Of a stretch of DNA of 32,000 bases, positions 9,644 through 18,599 are shown one piece after another. The stretch is taken from the NCBI GenBank assembly GCA_942493095.1, contig OW818675.1, forward strand, positions 2,430,001 through 2,462,000, written 5' to 3'. Source of the DNA: Candidatus Electronema halotolerans. GTDB taxonomy: Bacteria; Desulfobacterota; Desulfobulbia; Desulfobulbales; Desulfobulbaceae. The notes beneath the pieces are model-generated. The model saw only the letters and a list, made by a program, of their open reading frames with translations, was not told the DNA's origin and made no database searches. Position numbers and translations under genes: made by a program. The first letter of the stretch is position 1. Each line of letters begins with the position of its first letter.

Positions 9644-10957
9644 TCATATTATGTTGCGCAGAAAATTTTTCACCTTGAGCAGCAGCGGATGACCGCTTTC
9701 CACGGGCTGGCTGCTGCGGGCCGTGCAGCCGTAGAGCACCAGCCCGACCGCTGTGGTGCAGCGGGGCGATTCAATGTCCTCAACCCTGCCGCCCACGCCT
9801 TGGGGAAAGCTGATCCGCACCGGCATGTCGAAAATTTGTTCAGCCAGCTCAACAATATTGGCCAACAGGGCCGTGCCGCCGGTGATGACCATGCCGGAGT
9901 TGATCCGGTTGCGGTAGCCGGAGCCGCAGAGTTTTTTGTTCACCACTTGCAGTATCTCCTCGATCCGGGCTTCGAGAATCTCAACCAGCACCTTCTGGGA
10001 GACCTTGCGGGCCTTGCGGTCGCCGACCGTGGGCACCTCAAGGATGTGATTGTCCTTGACCAAGGAGGCCAGGGCGCTGCCGTAGCGGTATTTGAGCATC
10101 TCCGCCTCCTGAAGCGGCGTGCGCAGACCCACGGAAAGATCATTGGTCAGATTGTTGCCGCCCAAGGCCAGCTCCCACGTGTATTTGATCGTGCCGTTGC
10201 AGAACACGGCCAGATCCGTGGTGCCGCCGCCAATGTCCAGCAGAGCCACGCCCAGCTCCATTTCGTCAGGGGTCAGCACAGCCTTGGACGAGGCCACAGA
10301 CTCCAGCACCACTTCAGCCACGTTCAGTCCGGCCCGGTTGCAGCTGGTGATCAAATTATGGAGCGAGGTGACATCCGCCGTGACAATATGGACATTGGTG
10401 GCCAAGCGCACCCCGGTCATGCCCATGGGATTCTGAATGCCGGTGTGGTCATCAACCATGTACTCCTGCGGCAGGACATGGATGATCTGCTGATTGTCCG
10501 AGACCTTGACCGTCTGAGCGGCCTGAATGACCGCGTCGATTTCCCGCTGCCGGATCTGCTGGTTGTTGATGGCGATGATGCCCGGCGAGTTGAAGCCTTT
10601 GATATGCGTGCCAGCTATGCCCACATAAACGGTTTCAATATCGCAGCCAGCCATGTCCGAGGCGCTGTCAACGGCTTGACGGATGGCCCGGACAGTTGAT
10701 TCGATATTGACCACCACCCCTTTTTTCATGCCTGACGAGGCGGCAGTGCCCACGCCGATGATGTTGACGCAGCCGTCATCAAACAGCTCGCCGATCACGG
10801 CGCAGATCTTGGTGGTGCCGATGTCCAAGCCAGCCACCAGCTCGCCGGAGCCGCTTTCCCGCAGCGGCGGCGCAGGCGCAATGGCCTGCTCTGTTTCCCG
10901 GCTGGCAGCAGCCGCAGTGTCAGTCTCCTCAAGGATTTTTATATCCAGCTCTTCCAT
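9644..10957 (-). CDS. ftsA: Cell division protein FtsA
   Basis: 437 aa; 'LVAGLDIGTTKICAVIGE', 'VALLDIGGGTTDLAVF', 'GMVITGGTALLANIVELAEQIF'; located between ftsQ and ftsZ. Confidence 0.97.
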   Translation of the reverse strand: MEELDIKILEETDTAAAASRETEQAIAPAPPLRESGSGELVAGLDIGTTKICAVIGELFDDGCVNIIGVGTAASSGMKKGVVVNIESTVRAIRQAVDSASDMAGCDIETVYVGIAGTHIKGFNSPGIIAINNQQIRQREIDAVIQAAQTVKVSDNQQIIHVLPQEYMVDDHTGIQNPMGMTGVRLATNVHIVTADVTSLHNLITSCNRAGLNVAEVVLESVASSKAVLTPDEMELGVALLDIGGGTTDLAVFCNGTIKYTWELALGGNNLTNDLSVGLRTPLQEAEMLKYRYGSALASLVKDNHILEVPTVGDRKARKVSQKVLVEILEARIEEILQVVNKKLCGSGYRNRINSGMVITGGTALLANIVELAEQIFDMPVRISFPQGVGGRVEDIESPRCTTAVGLVLYGCTARSSQPVESGHPLLLKVKNFLRNII

Positions 10958-10968
10958 TTGCGCTCCGC

Positions 10969-11916
10969 CTATGGCTCCGTCTTGGACACAAGGATGCGGT
11001 CAGCCTGATAATCCATGCGGATTTCCTTGATATGTTCAATCTTTTCTTTGCTGTACAGCTGTTCGAGCAGTCTGACGAGCTGATAATATCTGGTTCTGAT
11101 ATTACCATATCCTATATGAATAGGAAAGGGGCGTTCCGCAAGATATGCAATAATTCCATTTTCCCGGCTCACGTGAATTTCCGAGAGCGACTGCATGGGC
11201 AGCACAGGGTCGCCCAAGGCGGCAAAATGGAGAAAACGGACCGCCTCTGCCGCTTCCGGGCCAGCCTCCTGGATGTCCGCTGGCAGATGCGGCAGCCGCA
11301 GGCCGGTGACCACGGGAAAATCCAGATCCTGGCCCGGCTCCACTGGGGCAAAGATTTTGCCATTGTGATCAAGATAATACAGGCCAGCATTGTTCTCAAG
11401 GTTGATCAGGGCCAAAGGCCGGTGCTCTTGGACCTCAATTTGCACACTGTATGGCCAGGAGCGATGAATGCTGACATGGTCAATCCACGGATGAGTTTGG
11501 ATGCGCTGCGCCGCCTCTGCTGCATTGAAGCCGAGCATCGGCATGCCCACCCTGATTCCGGCCAAGGCCAGCACCTGCCCTTCAGCCGCCATGCGGCAGC
11601 CCTGCACCGTGACTTTTCGCACAGAAAAAACCTGCGCATGTTCAACAAGATGATACCCCTGCCAGCCAAGAAGCGCAAGCAGCACGGTGAGCAGGCCAGC
11701 CAGCAATGCTGCCTTGGAGAGGCGCGGCAGCCCTGCATTGCCTTGCGCGCCGCCATTTTTTTGGTATGGGCCATTGCCGACCAAAGGCGAGCTGTAGCGG
11801 TTGCCGCCGAATGAAGAGCGGAAGCGGCGGAAGGTGCCGGAACGTCCGGGCCGCTGCTGATGATACCGCCTTTTTTTCGAGCCGACCAACGGGCTTTGCG
11901 ACCGTTTCACCGCCAT
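10969..11916 (-). CDS. ftsQ: Cell division protein FtsQ (POTRA domain)
   Basis: 315 aa; one TM segment then 'VFSVRKVTVQG' and 'THPWIDHVSIHRSWPYSVQIEVQEHRPLA'; dcw position. Confidence 0.92.
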   Translation of the reverse strand: MAVKRSQSPLVGSKKRRYHQQRPGRSGTFRRFRSSFGGNRYSSPLVGNGPYQKNGGAQGNAGLPRLSKAALLAGLLTVLLALLGWQGYHLVEHAQVFSVRKVTVQGCRMAAEGQVLALAGIRVGMPMLGFNAAEAAQRIQTHPWIDHVSIHRSWPYSVQIEVQEHRPLALINLENNAGLYYLDHNGKIFAPVEPGQDLDFPVVTGLRLPHLPADIQEAGPEAAEAVRFLHFAALGDPVLPMQSLSEIHVSRENGIIAYLAERPFPIHIGYGNIRTRYYQLVRLLEQLYSKEKIEHIKEIRMDYQADRILVSKTEP

Positions 11917-12851
11917 GCTGCTGCCTCGTCAATGATCCGCACCTCCGGCTCAAGCCGGATGCCGAAGCGGGCTGCAACTGCTGCCTGCACCTGCTCCATC
12001 AGCGTGATAATATCTGCTGCCGATGCGCCGCCGCTGTTGACCAAAAAGTTGGCATGAACCGGCGAAACCATCGCTCCGCCGCAGCGCAGTCCTTTCAGTC
12101 CGGCAGCCTCAATCAGTCTGCCCGCAACGTCGCCGGGCGGATTTTTGAAAAACGAGCCTGCCGAAGCTGTGCCTACAGGCTGCTTGCCCTTTCTTTGTGC
12201 CAAATAGGCAGCACAGCGGCGGCGGCTATTTTCTTCATGATCAGGACTGAGGCGGAACACAGCGGCTGTGATGACCAGCTCGGCCAAGCTGCCCTCAGTC
12301 AAGGCCAGATTGCGGTAGCTCAGGCGCAGGTTCTCTGCCGGAATTTGTTGGACATGGCCTTGCCGGTCAACCGCTTCCAGCTCCAGCAGACAGGAACCAA
12401 TCTCCTGCCCCCAAGCCCCGGCATTCATCCGCACTGCCCCGCCCACAGAGCCGGGAATGCCGACTAAGAATTCCAGTCCGGCCAAGCCGTGTTTGCTGCA
12501 CCACGCAACGAATCTGCCCAGTGGACAGCCTGCTCCGGCTTTGATGATTCCAGCTTCGTCACGGCGTTCCTGCACAGTCACGGCATTGAATGCACCTTTA
12601 AGCCGGATGATCGCCCCAGACCAGCCGCTGTCCGCAACAAGGAGATTGGAGCCGCGTCCGATGACCAAAAATGTAATCTGCTCCTCAGCCAAGAAAGCGA
12701 GCAGACGGGATAATTCCTCTACATTCTCCACATCGATCAGAGCTGCCGCCCTGCCGCCCGCCCGCAGAGTGCAGCAGGCGGCCATGTCCGCATCAAACTG
12801 CACCTTGGCCAGCCCGCAGGCCGCCAGCCGCTCACGCTGCTGCTGATTCAT
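11907..12851 (-). CDS. murB: UDP-N-acetylenolpyruvoylglucosamine reductase
   Basis: 314 aa; 'FLVIGRGSNLLVADSGWSGAIIRL', 'GLEFLVGIPGSVGGAVRMNAGAWG', 'SAGSFFKNP', 'HANFLVNSGGASAADI'. Confidence 0.96.
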   Translation of the reverse strand: MNQQQRERLAACGLAKVQFDADMAACCTLRAGGRAAALIDVENVEELSRLLAFLAEEQITFLVIGRGSNLLVADSGWSGAIIRLKGAFNAVTVQERRDEAGIIKAGAGCPLGRFVAWCSKHGLAGLEFLVGIPGSVGGAVRMNAGAWGQEIGSCLLELEAVDRQGHVQQIPAENLRLSYRNLALTEGSLAELVITAAVFRLSPDHEENSRRRCAAYLAQRKGKQPVGTASAGSFFKNPPGDVAGRLIEAAGLKGLRCGGAMVSPVHANFLVNSGGASAADIITLMEQVQAAVAARFGIRLEPEVRIIDEAAAWR

Positions 12852-14257
12852 CGGCCAAGCTGACCGAGGGCAAAGGCTTTCTGTTTCAGAAGCTGCAAAA
12901 GCTGCTCGCCGACTTGAACAATGTTGCCTGCGCCCAAGGTCAGAACCAGATCGCCTTGTTCGGTGAAATCGAGCAGATCAGCGGGCAGCGTCTCTATGTT
13001 GGCATGATGATGGGCATTCCGGTGGCCATGCTGCCGGATTGCCTCCAGCAGGGCCGCGCTGCTCACGCCCTCAATAGGCTGCTCGCTGGCCGCATAAATA
13101 TCTGCGAGAATCAGCACATCCGCCCGGTAAAAGGCGGTGGCAAAGTCGTTGAACAAACCCTTGGTGCGGCTGTAGCGGTGGGGCTGGAAAACGACAATCA
13201 GGCGGCGGTCAGGCCAGCCTTCGCGGACTGCATCCAAGGTGGCCCGAATTTCGGTCGGATGATGGCCATAGTCATCCACCACCAGAATGCCCTCCTGCTC
13301 GCCCTTGATTTGCAGCCGCCGCTGCACCCCTTGGAATTTTTCCAACGCATGGGCAATGACCGGAAATTCAATCTCCAGCTCCACGGCCACGGCAATGGCG
13401 GCCAAGGAATTAAGAATCACATGCCGTCCCGGCGTGTTGCGCCGCGCCCGGCCCAGCTCTTGGCCTTGAAAATAAACCGAAAACTCGCTGCCAAAGTGCT
13501 GCCGCTCAATTTTTGCCGCATGAAGATCAGCCTGCTCGGTCAGGCCGTAGGTGATTTTGCGCCGCTCTATCTGCGGCAGCAGGCTGGCGACATTGGCATC
13601 ATCCAGACAAAGCACGGCTGCACCGTAAAAAGGAATGCGGCTGATGAATTCAAGAAAGGTTTCTTTAACGTGGTCAAGGTTGCGGTAATAATCCACATGC
13701 TCAAAGTCGATGTTGGTGATTACCTCAATCACTGGCGAGAGCTTGAGGAACGAGCCGTCGCTTTCGTCCGCCTCAGCAACCATGAATTCGCCATCGCCGA
13801 GCAGGGCGTTGCTGCCGCCAAAGCAGTCAACTTTGCCGCCCACAGCCACGGTCGGTTCCAGCCCGGCCTCATGCAGAACTGAGGCGATCAGCGAGGAGGT
13901 GGATGTCTTGCCGTGACTGCCTGCCACAGCAATGCCGTAGCGTTTGAGACGCATCAGCTCGGCCAGCATCTCGGCCCGCTGGATCACGGGAATCTGTTGC
14001 TCGCGGGCGGCCAAGACTTCAGGGTTGTCCGGGGCCACGGCTGAGGAGATGACCACCACGTCTGCGCCATTAACTCTGTCCGCCTGATGGCCCTGATACA
14101 CGACCGCGCCGAAGTTCTCAAGACGGCGGGTAATGTCGCTGCTGCACAGGTCTGAGCCGCTGACCTTGCAGCCCAGATAAAGGAGCAGCTCGGCAATCCC
14201 GGACATGCCGATGCCGCCAATGCCGACAAAATGAATCTGCTTGTTTTTTTTGTACAT
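12848..14257 (-). CDS. murC: UDP-N-acetylmuramate--L-alanine ligase
   Basis: 469 aa; 'IHFVGIGGIGMSGIAELL', 'GIAVAGSHGKTSTSSLIA', 'VDDYGHHPTEI', 'RRLIVVFQPHRYSRTK'. Overlaps the murB start by 4 nt. Confidence 0.97.
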   Translation of the reverse strand: MYKKNKQIHFVGIGGIGMSGIAELLLYLGCKVSGSDLCSSDITRRLENFGAVVYQGHQADRVNGADVVVISSAVAPDNPEVLAAREQQIPVIQRAEMLAELMRLKRYGIAVAGSHGKTSTSSLIASVLHEAGLEPTVAVGGKVDCFGGSNALLGDGEFMVAEADESDGSFLKLSPVIEVITNIDFEHVDYYRNLDHVKETFLEFISRIPFYGAAVLCLDDANVASLLPQIERRKITYGLTEQADLHAAKIERQHFGSEFSVYFQGQELGRARRNTPGRHVILNSLAAIAVAVELEIEFPVIAHALEKFQGVQRRLQIKGEQEGILVVDDYGHHPTEIRATLDAVREGWPDRRLIVVFQPHRYSRTKGLFNDFATAFYRADVLILADIYAASEQPIEGVSSAALLEAIRQHGHRNAHHHANIETLPADLLDFTEQGDLVLTLGAGNIVQVGEQLLQLLKQKAFALGQLGR

Positions 14258-14298
14258 ATTTTATTTGTGTCAGCAAGAGCGGCTGCAAGAGTCTGCTC

Positions 14299-15387
14299 TT
14301 ACGCTTTTTCAATCAATTTCATGCACTCAGTCAATATTCGCTCTGCCGCGTCCGGTACTGCCATTCGCCGCATGGCCGCGCCCATTCGAGTCAGCTTGTC
14401 CGCATCTTCGGCCAGCAGCATGAGCACGGCAGCGAGCCGTCTGCCGTCCAGCTCCTCTTCCCTATACATCTTTGCCCCGCCGCCTGCAAGATAATATCCG
14501 GCATTGGCCGCCTGATGGTCATCTGCTGCGTAGGGATAGGGGATGAGCAAGGCAGGCAGACCTGTCACGGCCAGTTCGGCTAACGAAGTCGCTCCGGCCC
14601 GGGCCACGGCCAGATCAGCCTGCGCATAGACAGCAGCCATGTCTTTGAAAAAAGGCGCAACTTCAGCGACAATGCCTGCGGCGGCATAACCTGCCCGCAC
14701 TTCATCGGCATCCGCCGCGCCGGTCTGGTGAATCAGGCGGAAGGGAAAAGGGTTTCGTTCTCTGATGTGCTGCGCCGCCTCCAGCATCAGCATGTTGACC
14801 CGATGCGCGCCAAGGCTGCCGCCCATGACCAAGAACGTCAGCGGCCTGGTTGGCCTTCTCACCTGCCTGCGCTCGGCAGCGGCGAGTATTTCCTTGCGCA
14901 CTGGATTGCCGGAGACCACGGTCTTGGCAGGCGGAAAGGGATAACTGCCTGGAATGGAAACAAAGACTTTGTTGACAAAGCGGGCCGTGAGCCAGTTGGC
15001 CAGACCGGGGATTGCATTCTGCTCATGAATGCAGGCCGGAATGCCGAGCAGTTTGGCTGCTACAAGCACCGGCCCGGTGACATAGCCGCCCACGCCAAAG
15101 ACCAGCGCAGGCTGGAATTGCTTGATGATTCGGCAGGCCTCTGCAATCGCCTTGGGCAGGCTGATCAGGCTTTTGAGACGATGGGCCAGCCCCATGCCCT
15201 TGAGGCCCATGCAGGCAATGGCTTCCTGCTGAAAACCAAGCCCAGCCAGCGCGTCGCGGTCAAGCTGCCGCTGGGTGCCGATGAAAAGTATTTCGCAGCC
15301 AGGAAACCGCTGCCGCAAACTCTCTGCCAAGGCAATGCCGGGAAAGAGATGGCCGCCAGTGCCGCCGCCAGTGATGATGATGCGCAT
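14299..15387 (-). CDS. murG: UDP-GlcNAc:undecaprenyl-PP-MurNAc-pentapeptide transferase MurG (start trimmed to the internal ATG)
   Basis: The track ORF extends to 15477, but the family N-terminus is 'MRIIITGGGTGGHLFPGIALAESL' with ATG at 15387; also 'GNPVR' and 'HEQNAIPGLANWLTARFV'. Confidence 0.95.
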   Translation of the reverse strand: MRIIITGGGTGGHLFPGIALAESLRQRFPGCEILFIGTQRQLDRDALAGLGFQQEAIACMGLKGMGLAHRLKSLISLPKAIAEACRIIKQFQPALVFGVGGYVTGPVLVAAKLLGIPACIHEQNAIPGLANWLTARFVNKVFVSIPGSYPFPPAKTVVSGNPVRKEILAAAERRQVRRPTRPLTFLVMGGSLGAHRVNMLMLEAAQHIRERNPFPFRLIHQTGAADADEVRAGYAAAGIVAEVAPFFKDMAAVYAQADLAVARAGATSLAELAVTGLPALLIPYPYAADDHQAANAGYYLAGGGAKMYREEELDGRRLAAVLMLLAEDADKLTRMGAAMRRMAVPDAAERILTECMKLIEKA

Positions 15388-15509
15388 TCCGCTTGTCCGT
15401 GTTTTTGAGGTGAGTGCGGAAATTCTTAACTGCGGCGGCAGGAGATTGCAAGAGAAAAACAGGGCCGCCCTGCCCAAGAGCAGGACGGGCGGGGTGAAAC
15501 CGGGAACTG

Positions 15510-15917
15510 TCAGACAGCGGTGGTCTGTCCGTTTTCCTCGCGCAGCTCCTCCATTGCCCGGCTGACAGCCTCTTTCAGCTCATCCATGCGGAACGGCTTG
15601 GCCATGAACTCAAAAACCCCGCCCTGCACTGCCGCCGCTTCCAGCTCCTGACTGGGATAGCCGGTGATCATGATCACCTTGGCCTTGGGGTTGAGCTGCA
15701 TGACACGGCCAAGCACGGCCAAGCCGTTCATCTCCTCCATCCTGTAGTCAGTGATGACAATGCTGAACCGCTCCTCAGCCATTGCCTCCATTGCCCGGAC
15801 AGGATTGGTGAAAATAACTGTCTCAATGCCGCTCTTGCCAAAGACCTGCTGGAGGCGTTTGCCGATGATCGGCTCATCGTCAACAATGAGCAGCCGCGCT
15901 GCTGGGTTTCTCTTCAT
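15510..15917 (-). CDS. CheY-like response regulator (receiver domain only)
   Basis: 135 aa; 'LLIVDDEP', phospho-acceptor 'VITDYRM', 'VIMITGYP', 'FEFMAKPF'. Confidence 0.93.
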   Translation of the reverse strand: MKRNPAARLLIVDDEPIIGKRLQQVFGKSGIETVIFTNPVRAMEAMAEERFSIVITDYRMEEMNGLAVLGRVMQLNPKAKVIMITGYPSQELEAAAVQGGVFEFMAKPFRMDELKEAVSRAMEELREENGQTTAV

Positions 15918-15935
15918 AAGTTCCTGCTGTTCCGG

Positions 15936-18548
15936 TTAAATCACTGCCTCGTAATTGCCTTGGAGAAAGGCTTCCGCATACTGCTGGACAATCTCGTCGC
16001 TTTCCATGCGCACATCAAGCTGGCGGGTGAAGCCGACCAGCCGTCCCAGAATGTCCAAGGTGCGTTCGGCCTCGCTCTGCGGGATGTGCGAGAGCCGGGC
16101 TGTGACCAAGTCGCCCTTGGTCTGGACATTGAACTCAAACTCCTTGAGAATCAGGGCGATCATGGCGGTGCGCCGCGACCGCTTGGCCATGTCTGTGGCC
16201 CCGCCTAAGAAGCGGTAGTAGAGATGGTTGTTCTGTTCCGCCGCGCCGCAGTGCGCGTCAATGATGTTGTAATGATACCCTAAGCGGAAGCAGAGGTTGA
16301 CATAATCCTCGCCAATGATGGCGATGTTGTGGCCTGTATATTGCTTGGAGGCCATGTCGTGATCCGCATTGAACATGCTGTTCATCAGGTCGCGGAAGCC
16401 GACTGGCATGGGGTCTCGGTGCCAGACACCAGGATAGAGCATTCCTTTGAGGATGGCCCGGAACGGCGCGGAAGCAATGGCCTCCGGCGGGATGTCACCG
16501 GTCGGCGGCGCATCCTGGGCCAAGCCGCCGCCTATGTCAATGACCAGAATGCCGGTGGGGATGGGCAGTTCCATGCGGCGGACAATATTGCCCTGCACCA
16601 GCTGCCGCTCATCGCTGCCCAGATGGACCATCTCCTGCACTGCCGACTCATGGGCAAAGCGGAGAATGTCGTGATAGGTGCTGCAGCCGCCAATGTTGAA
16701 GTTCTGCATCATCGGATCGACCAGATGCAGCTCGGAGACTATTTTCAAGAGCCGCCGGAGGATGCGGAACTCGCGGCTGGCTAAGATGTTGATGCTGGAA
16801 ATGGTCCGATAGACCAGCAGCTCCTCGATCTGGCCCCGGTAGATGCGGCGGTCTTCCGCATCCACAGTGATCAGCTCGCCCTCGCTGACCTTGCTGAGAA
16901 TGCCCTCCACGCTGACAAGGCAGGGAACGTGGAATTCCCGGCAGATGGTGGACATGTGGCTGACCGGAGTGCCGATCTCGGTGATGACTGCGGCAGCCCG
17001 ATGGAGGAACTTGACCAAGCGGGAGGAGTCGCGGCGGACCACCAGCACTGAGCCTTCCGGGAAGCTGCCGTCCTCCTCGCTCAGATTGCTGACCTTATGC
17101 ACTGGCCCGGCCCCGATGCCGCGCCGGGCCACCCGGCCCTGTCCCTGGCTGATGATTTCATGCTTTTCCAAGCAGGACGGATGCACCTTTTCTTGGGCCT
17201 GCGTGTCAGCCAGAAGCAAGGGCCGGGTTTGAAGGATGAAGAGCTGGCCAGCCTTGTCAATGGCCCATTCCACATCTTGGGCGCGCTTGAAATGGGCTTC
17301 CAAGTGCAGGGCCTGCTGCCCCAGCAGGAGCAGCTCCTCATCGCTGAGGCAGGGCTGGCGCCGCTGCTCCGCATCAATGGCTTGGACAGTCAGGCCGCTT
17401 CCGGCAGCCAAGAACAACCCCGCCCTTTTTTCAGCCACATAGCGGACACCAATGCTCAGGGGCGGCCCTTTGCGGAGCTGAAAGGTGTCGGTGGCAGTGC
17501 CGCCTTCGACCACCGCCTCGCCTTGGCCCCAGGCTGCGACCACCACCATCAGGTCATGCGAGAGCTGCATGGTGTCAACCGAAAAGACAATGCCGCTGGT
17601 GCGCGAGTCAATCATGCGCTGACAGACCACGGCAATGGCCATCCGGTTCTCATCCGGCAGGAAACGCCGCCAGTAGGAGATGGCCCCGGCTGAGAAGAGG
17701 CTGGCCATGACCTCGCGGGCGGCGGCAAAGACCGCCTCGGTCTGGGCCGGCACATTGAGGATGGAGCGGAACTGGCCAGCCCAGGAGAAATCCATGTCCT
17801 CTTCCTGGGCCGAGCTGCGCACCGCCAGAAAGAGCGGCTCCTCCGTCTTGGGCATGGCCCGCATGGCCTTGCTGAGATTTTCGATCAGCTCCGGCGGCGG
17901 CGCGGCAGCCAGGATGCCCTGTTCGAGCGACTGGCGCACCGCCTCCAGCCGCTCGGCATCCGCATCTTGGTCTGCCATCAGCTCTTCAAACTGTGTCAGC
18001 TGCTCGCGCAGGCCATTGTGATTGATCAGGTCATGATAGGCTTTGGCGGTGATGACAAAGCCCTCCGGCACCCGCAGCAGGGGATCATGACGCATCTGCG
18101 CCAAATGTCCGGCCTTGCCGCCCACCAAGGCCCAGTTGCGGGGCCGTATCTCATCAAAGTGGAGAATCTGCGGCCCTTCCCGGTCCTCCTTGCCAGCTAA
18201 GGTCAGGCGGAGGTCATCGCTCAGGCGTTCATGCACCGCATAGAGGCCAAGATGACGGTTATTGCACAGCTCATTGACGGCGGCTATAGAGGTCTGCACC
18301 GCCTCGATGAGCTGCTCGGTCGAACCTTCTATGTAATGAATGTCAAAAAGATAATCACCGCCCAGCTTCTCGCCCATGTCGGCGATGATCTCCAAGGCCT
18401 TGCTGTTGCTGGCCAGCACCTTCTGGAAGCGTTCAAAGACTTCACGCGGGCTGACCGGCTGCCGCCGCTTGGGCAGCAGGGACAGCAGCCATTCCCAGAG
18501 CATGCGGAGACTCATGCCCTGGGCAGGCAGCACTTCAGGCTGATTCAT
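15936..18548 (-). CDS. PEP synthase/PPDK-like protein: ATP-grasp domain plus swivelling phospho-His domain with an atypical C-terminal region
   Basis: 870 aa; 'ALVGGKAGHLAQM', 'FLAVRSSAQEEDMDFSWAGQFRSILNV', 'RTSGIVFSVD', 'QDVEWAIDKAGQLFILQTRPL', His domain 'AVITEIGTPVSHMSTICREFHVPCLV'; no C-terminal PEP-binding barrel recognised. Confidence 0.82.
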   Translation of the reverse strand: MNQPEVLPAQGMSLRMLWEWLLSLLPKRRQPVSPREVFERFQKVLASNSKALEIIADMGEKLGGDYLFDIHYIEGSTEQLIEAVQTSIAAVNELCNNRHLGLYAVHERLSDDLRLTLAGKEDREGPQILHFDEIRPRNWALVGGKAGHLAQMRHDPLLRVPEGFVITAKAYHDLINHNGLREQLTQFEELMADQDADAERLEAVRQSLEQGILAAAPPPELIENLSKAMRAMPKTEEPLFLAVRSSAQEEDMDFSWAGQFRSILNVPAQTEAVFAAAREVMASLFSAGAISYWRRFLPDENRMAIAVVCQRMIDSRTSGIVFSVDTMQLSHDLMVVVAAWGQGEAVVEGGTATDTFQLRKGPPLSIGVRYVAEKRAGLFLAAGSGLTVQAIDAEQRRQPCLSDEELLLLGQQALHLEAHFKRAQDVEWAIDKAGQLFILQTRPLLLADTQAQEKVHPSCLEKHEIISQGQGRVARRGIGAGPVHKVSNLSEEDGSFPEGSVLVVRRDSSRLVKFLHRAAAVITEIGTPVSHMSTICREFHVPCLVSVEGILSKVSEGELITVDAEDRRIYRGQIEELLVYRTISSINILASREFRILRRLLKIVSELHLVDPMMQNFNIGGCSTYHDILRFAHESAVQEMVHLGSDERQLVQGNIVRRMELPIPTGILVIDIGGGLAQDAPPTGDIPPEAIASAPFRAILKGMLYPGVWHRDPMPVGFRDLMNSMFNADHDMASKQYTGHNIAIIGEDYVNLCFRLGYHYNIIDAHCGAAEQNNHLYYRFLGGATDMAKRSRRTAMIALILKEFEFNVQTKGDLVTARLSHIPQSEAERTLDILGRLVGFTRQLDVRMESDEIVQQYAEAFLQGNYEAVI

Positions 18549-18599
18549 AGTCGTTCCATTCCCGCTGCGGGAAGTCCGAAGAAGTTTCTGCGCAGCACG

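Noticed and set aside
9689-10699. 336-aa plus-strand ORF opposite ftsA
   Set aside because: Shadow ORF within the ftsA coding region.
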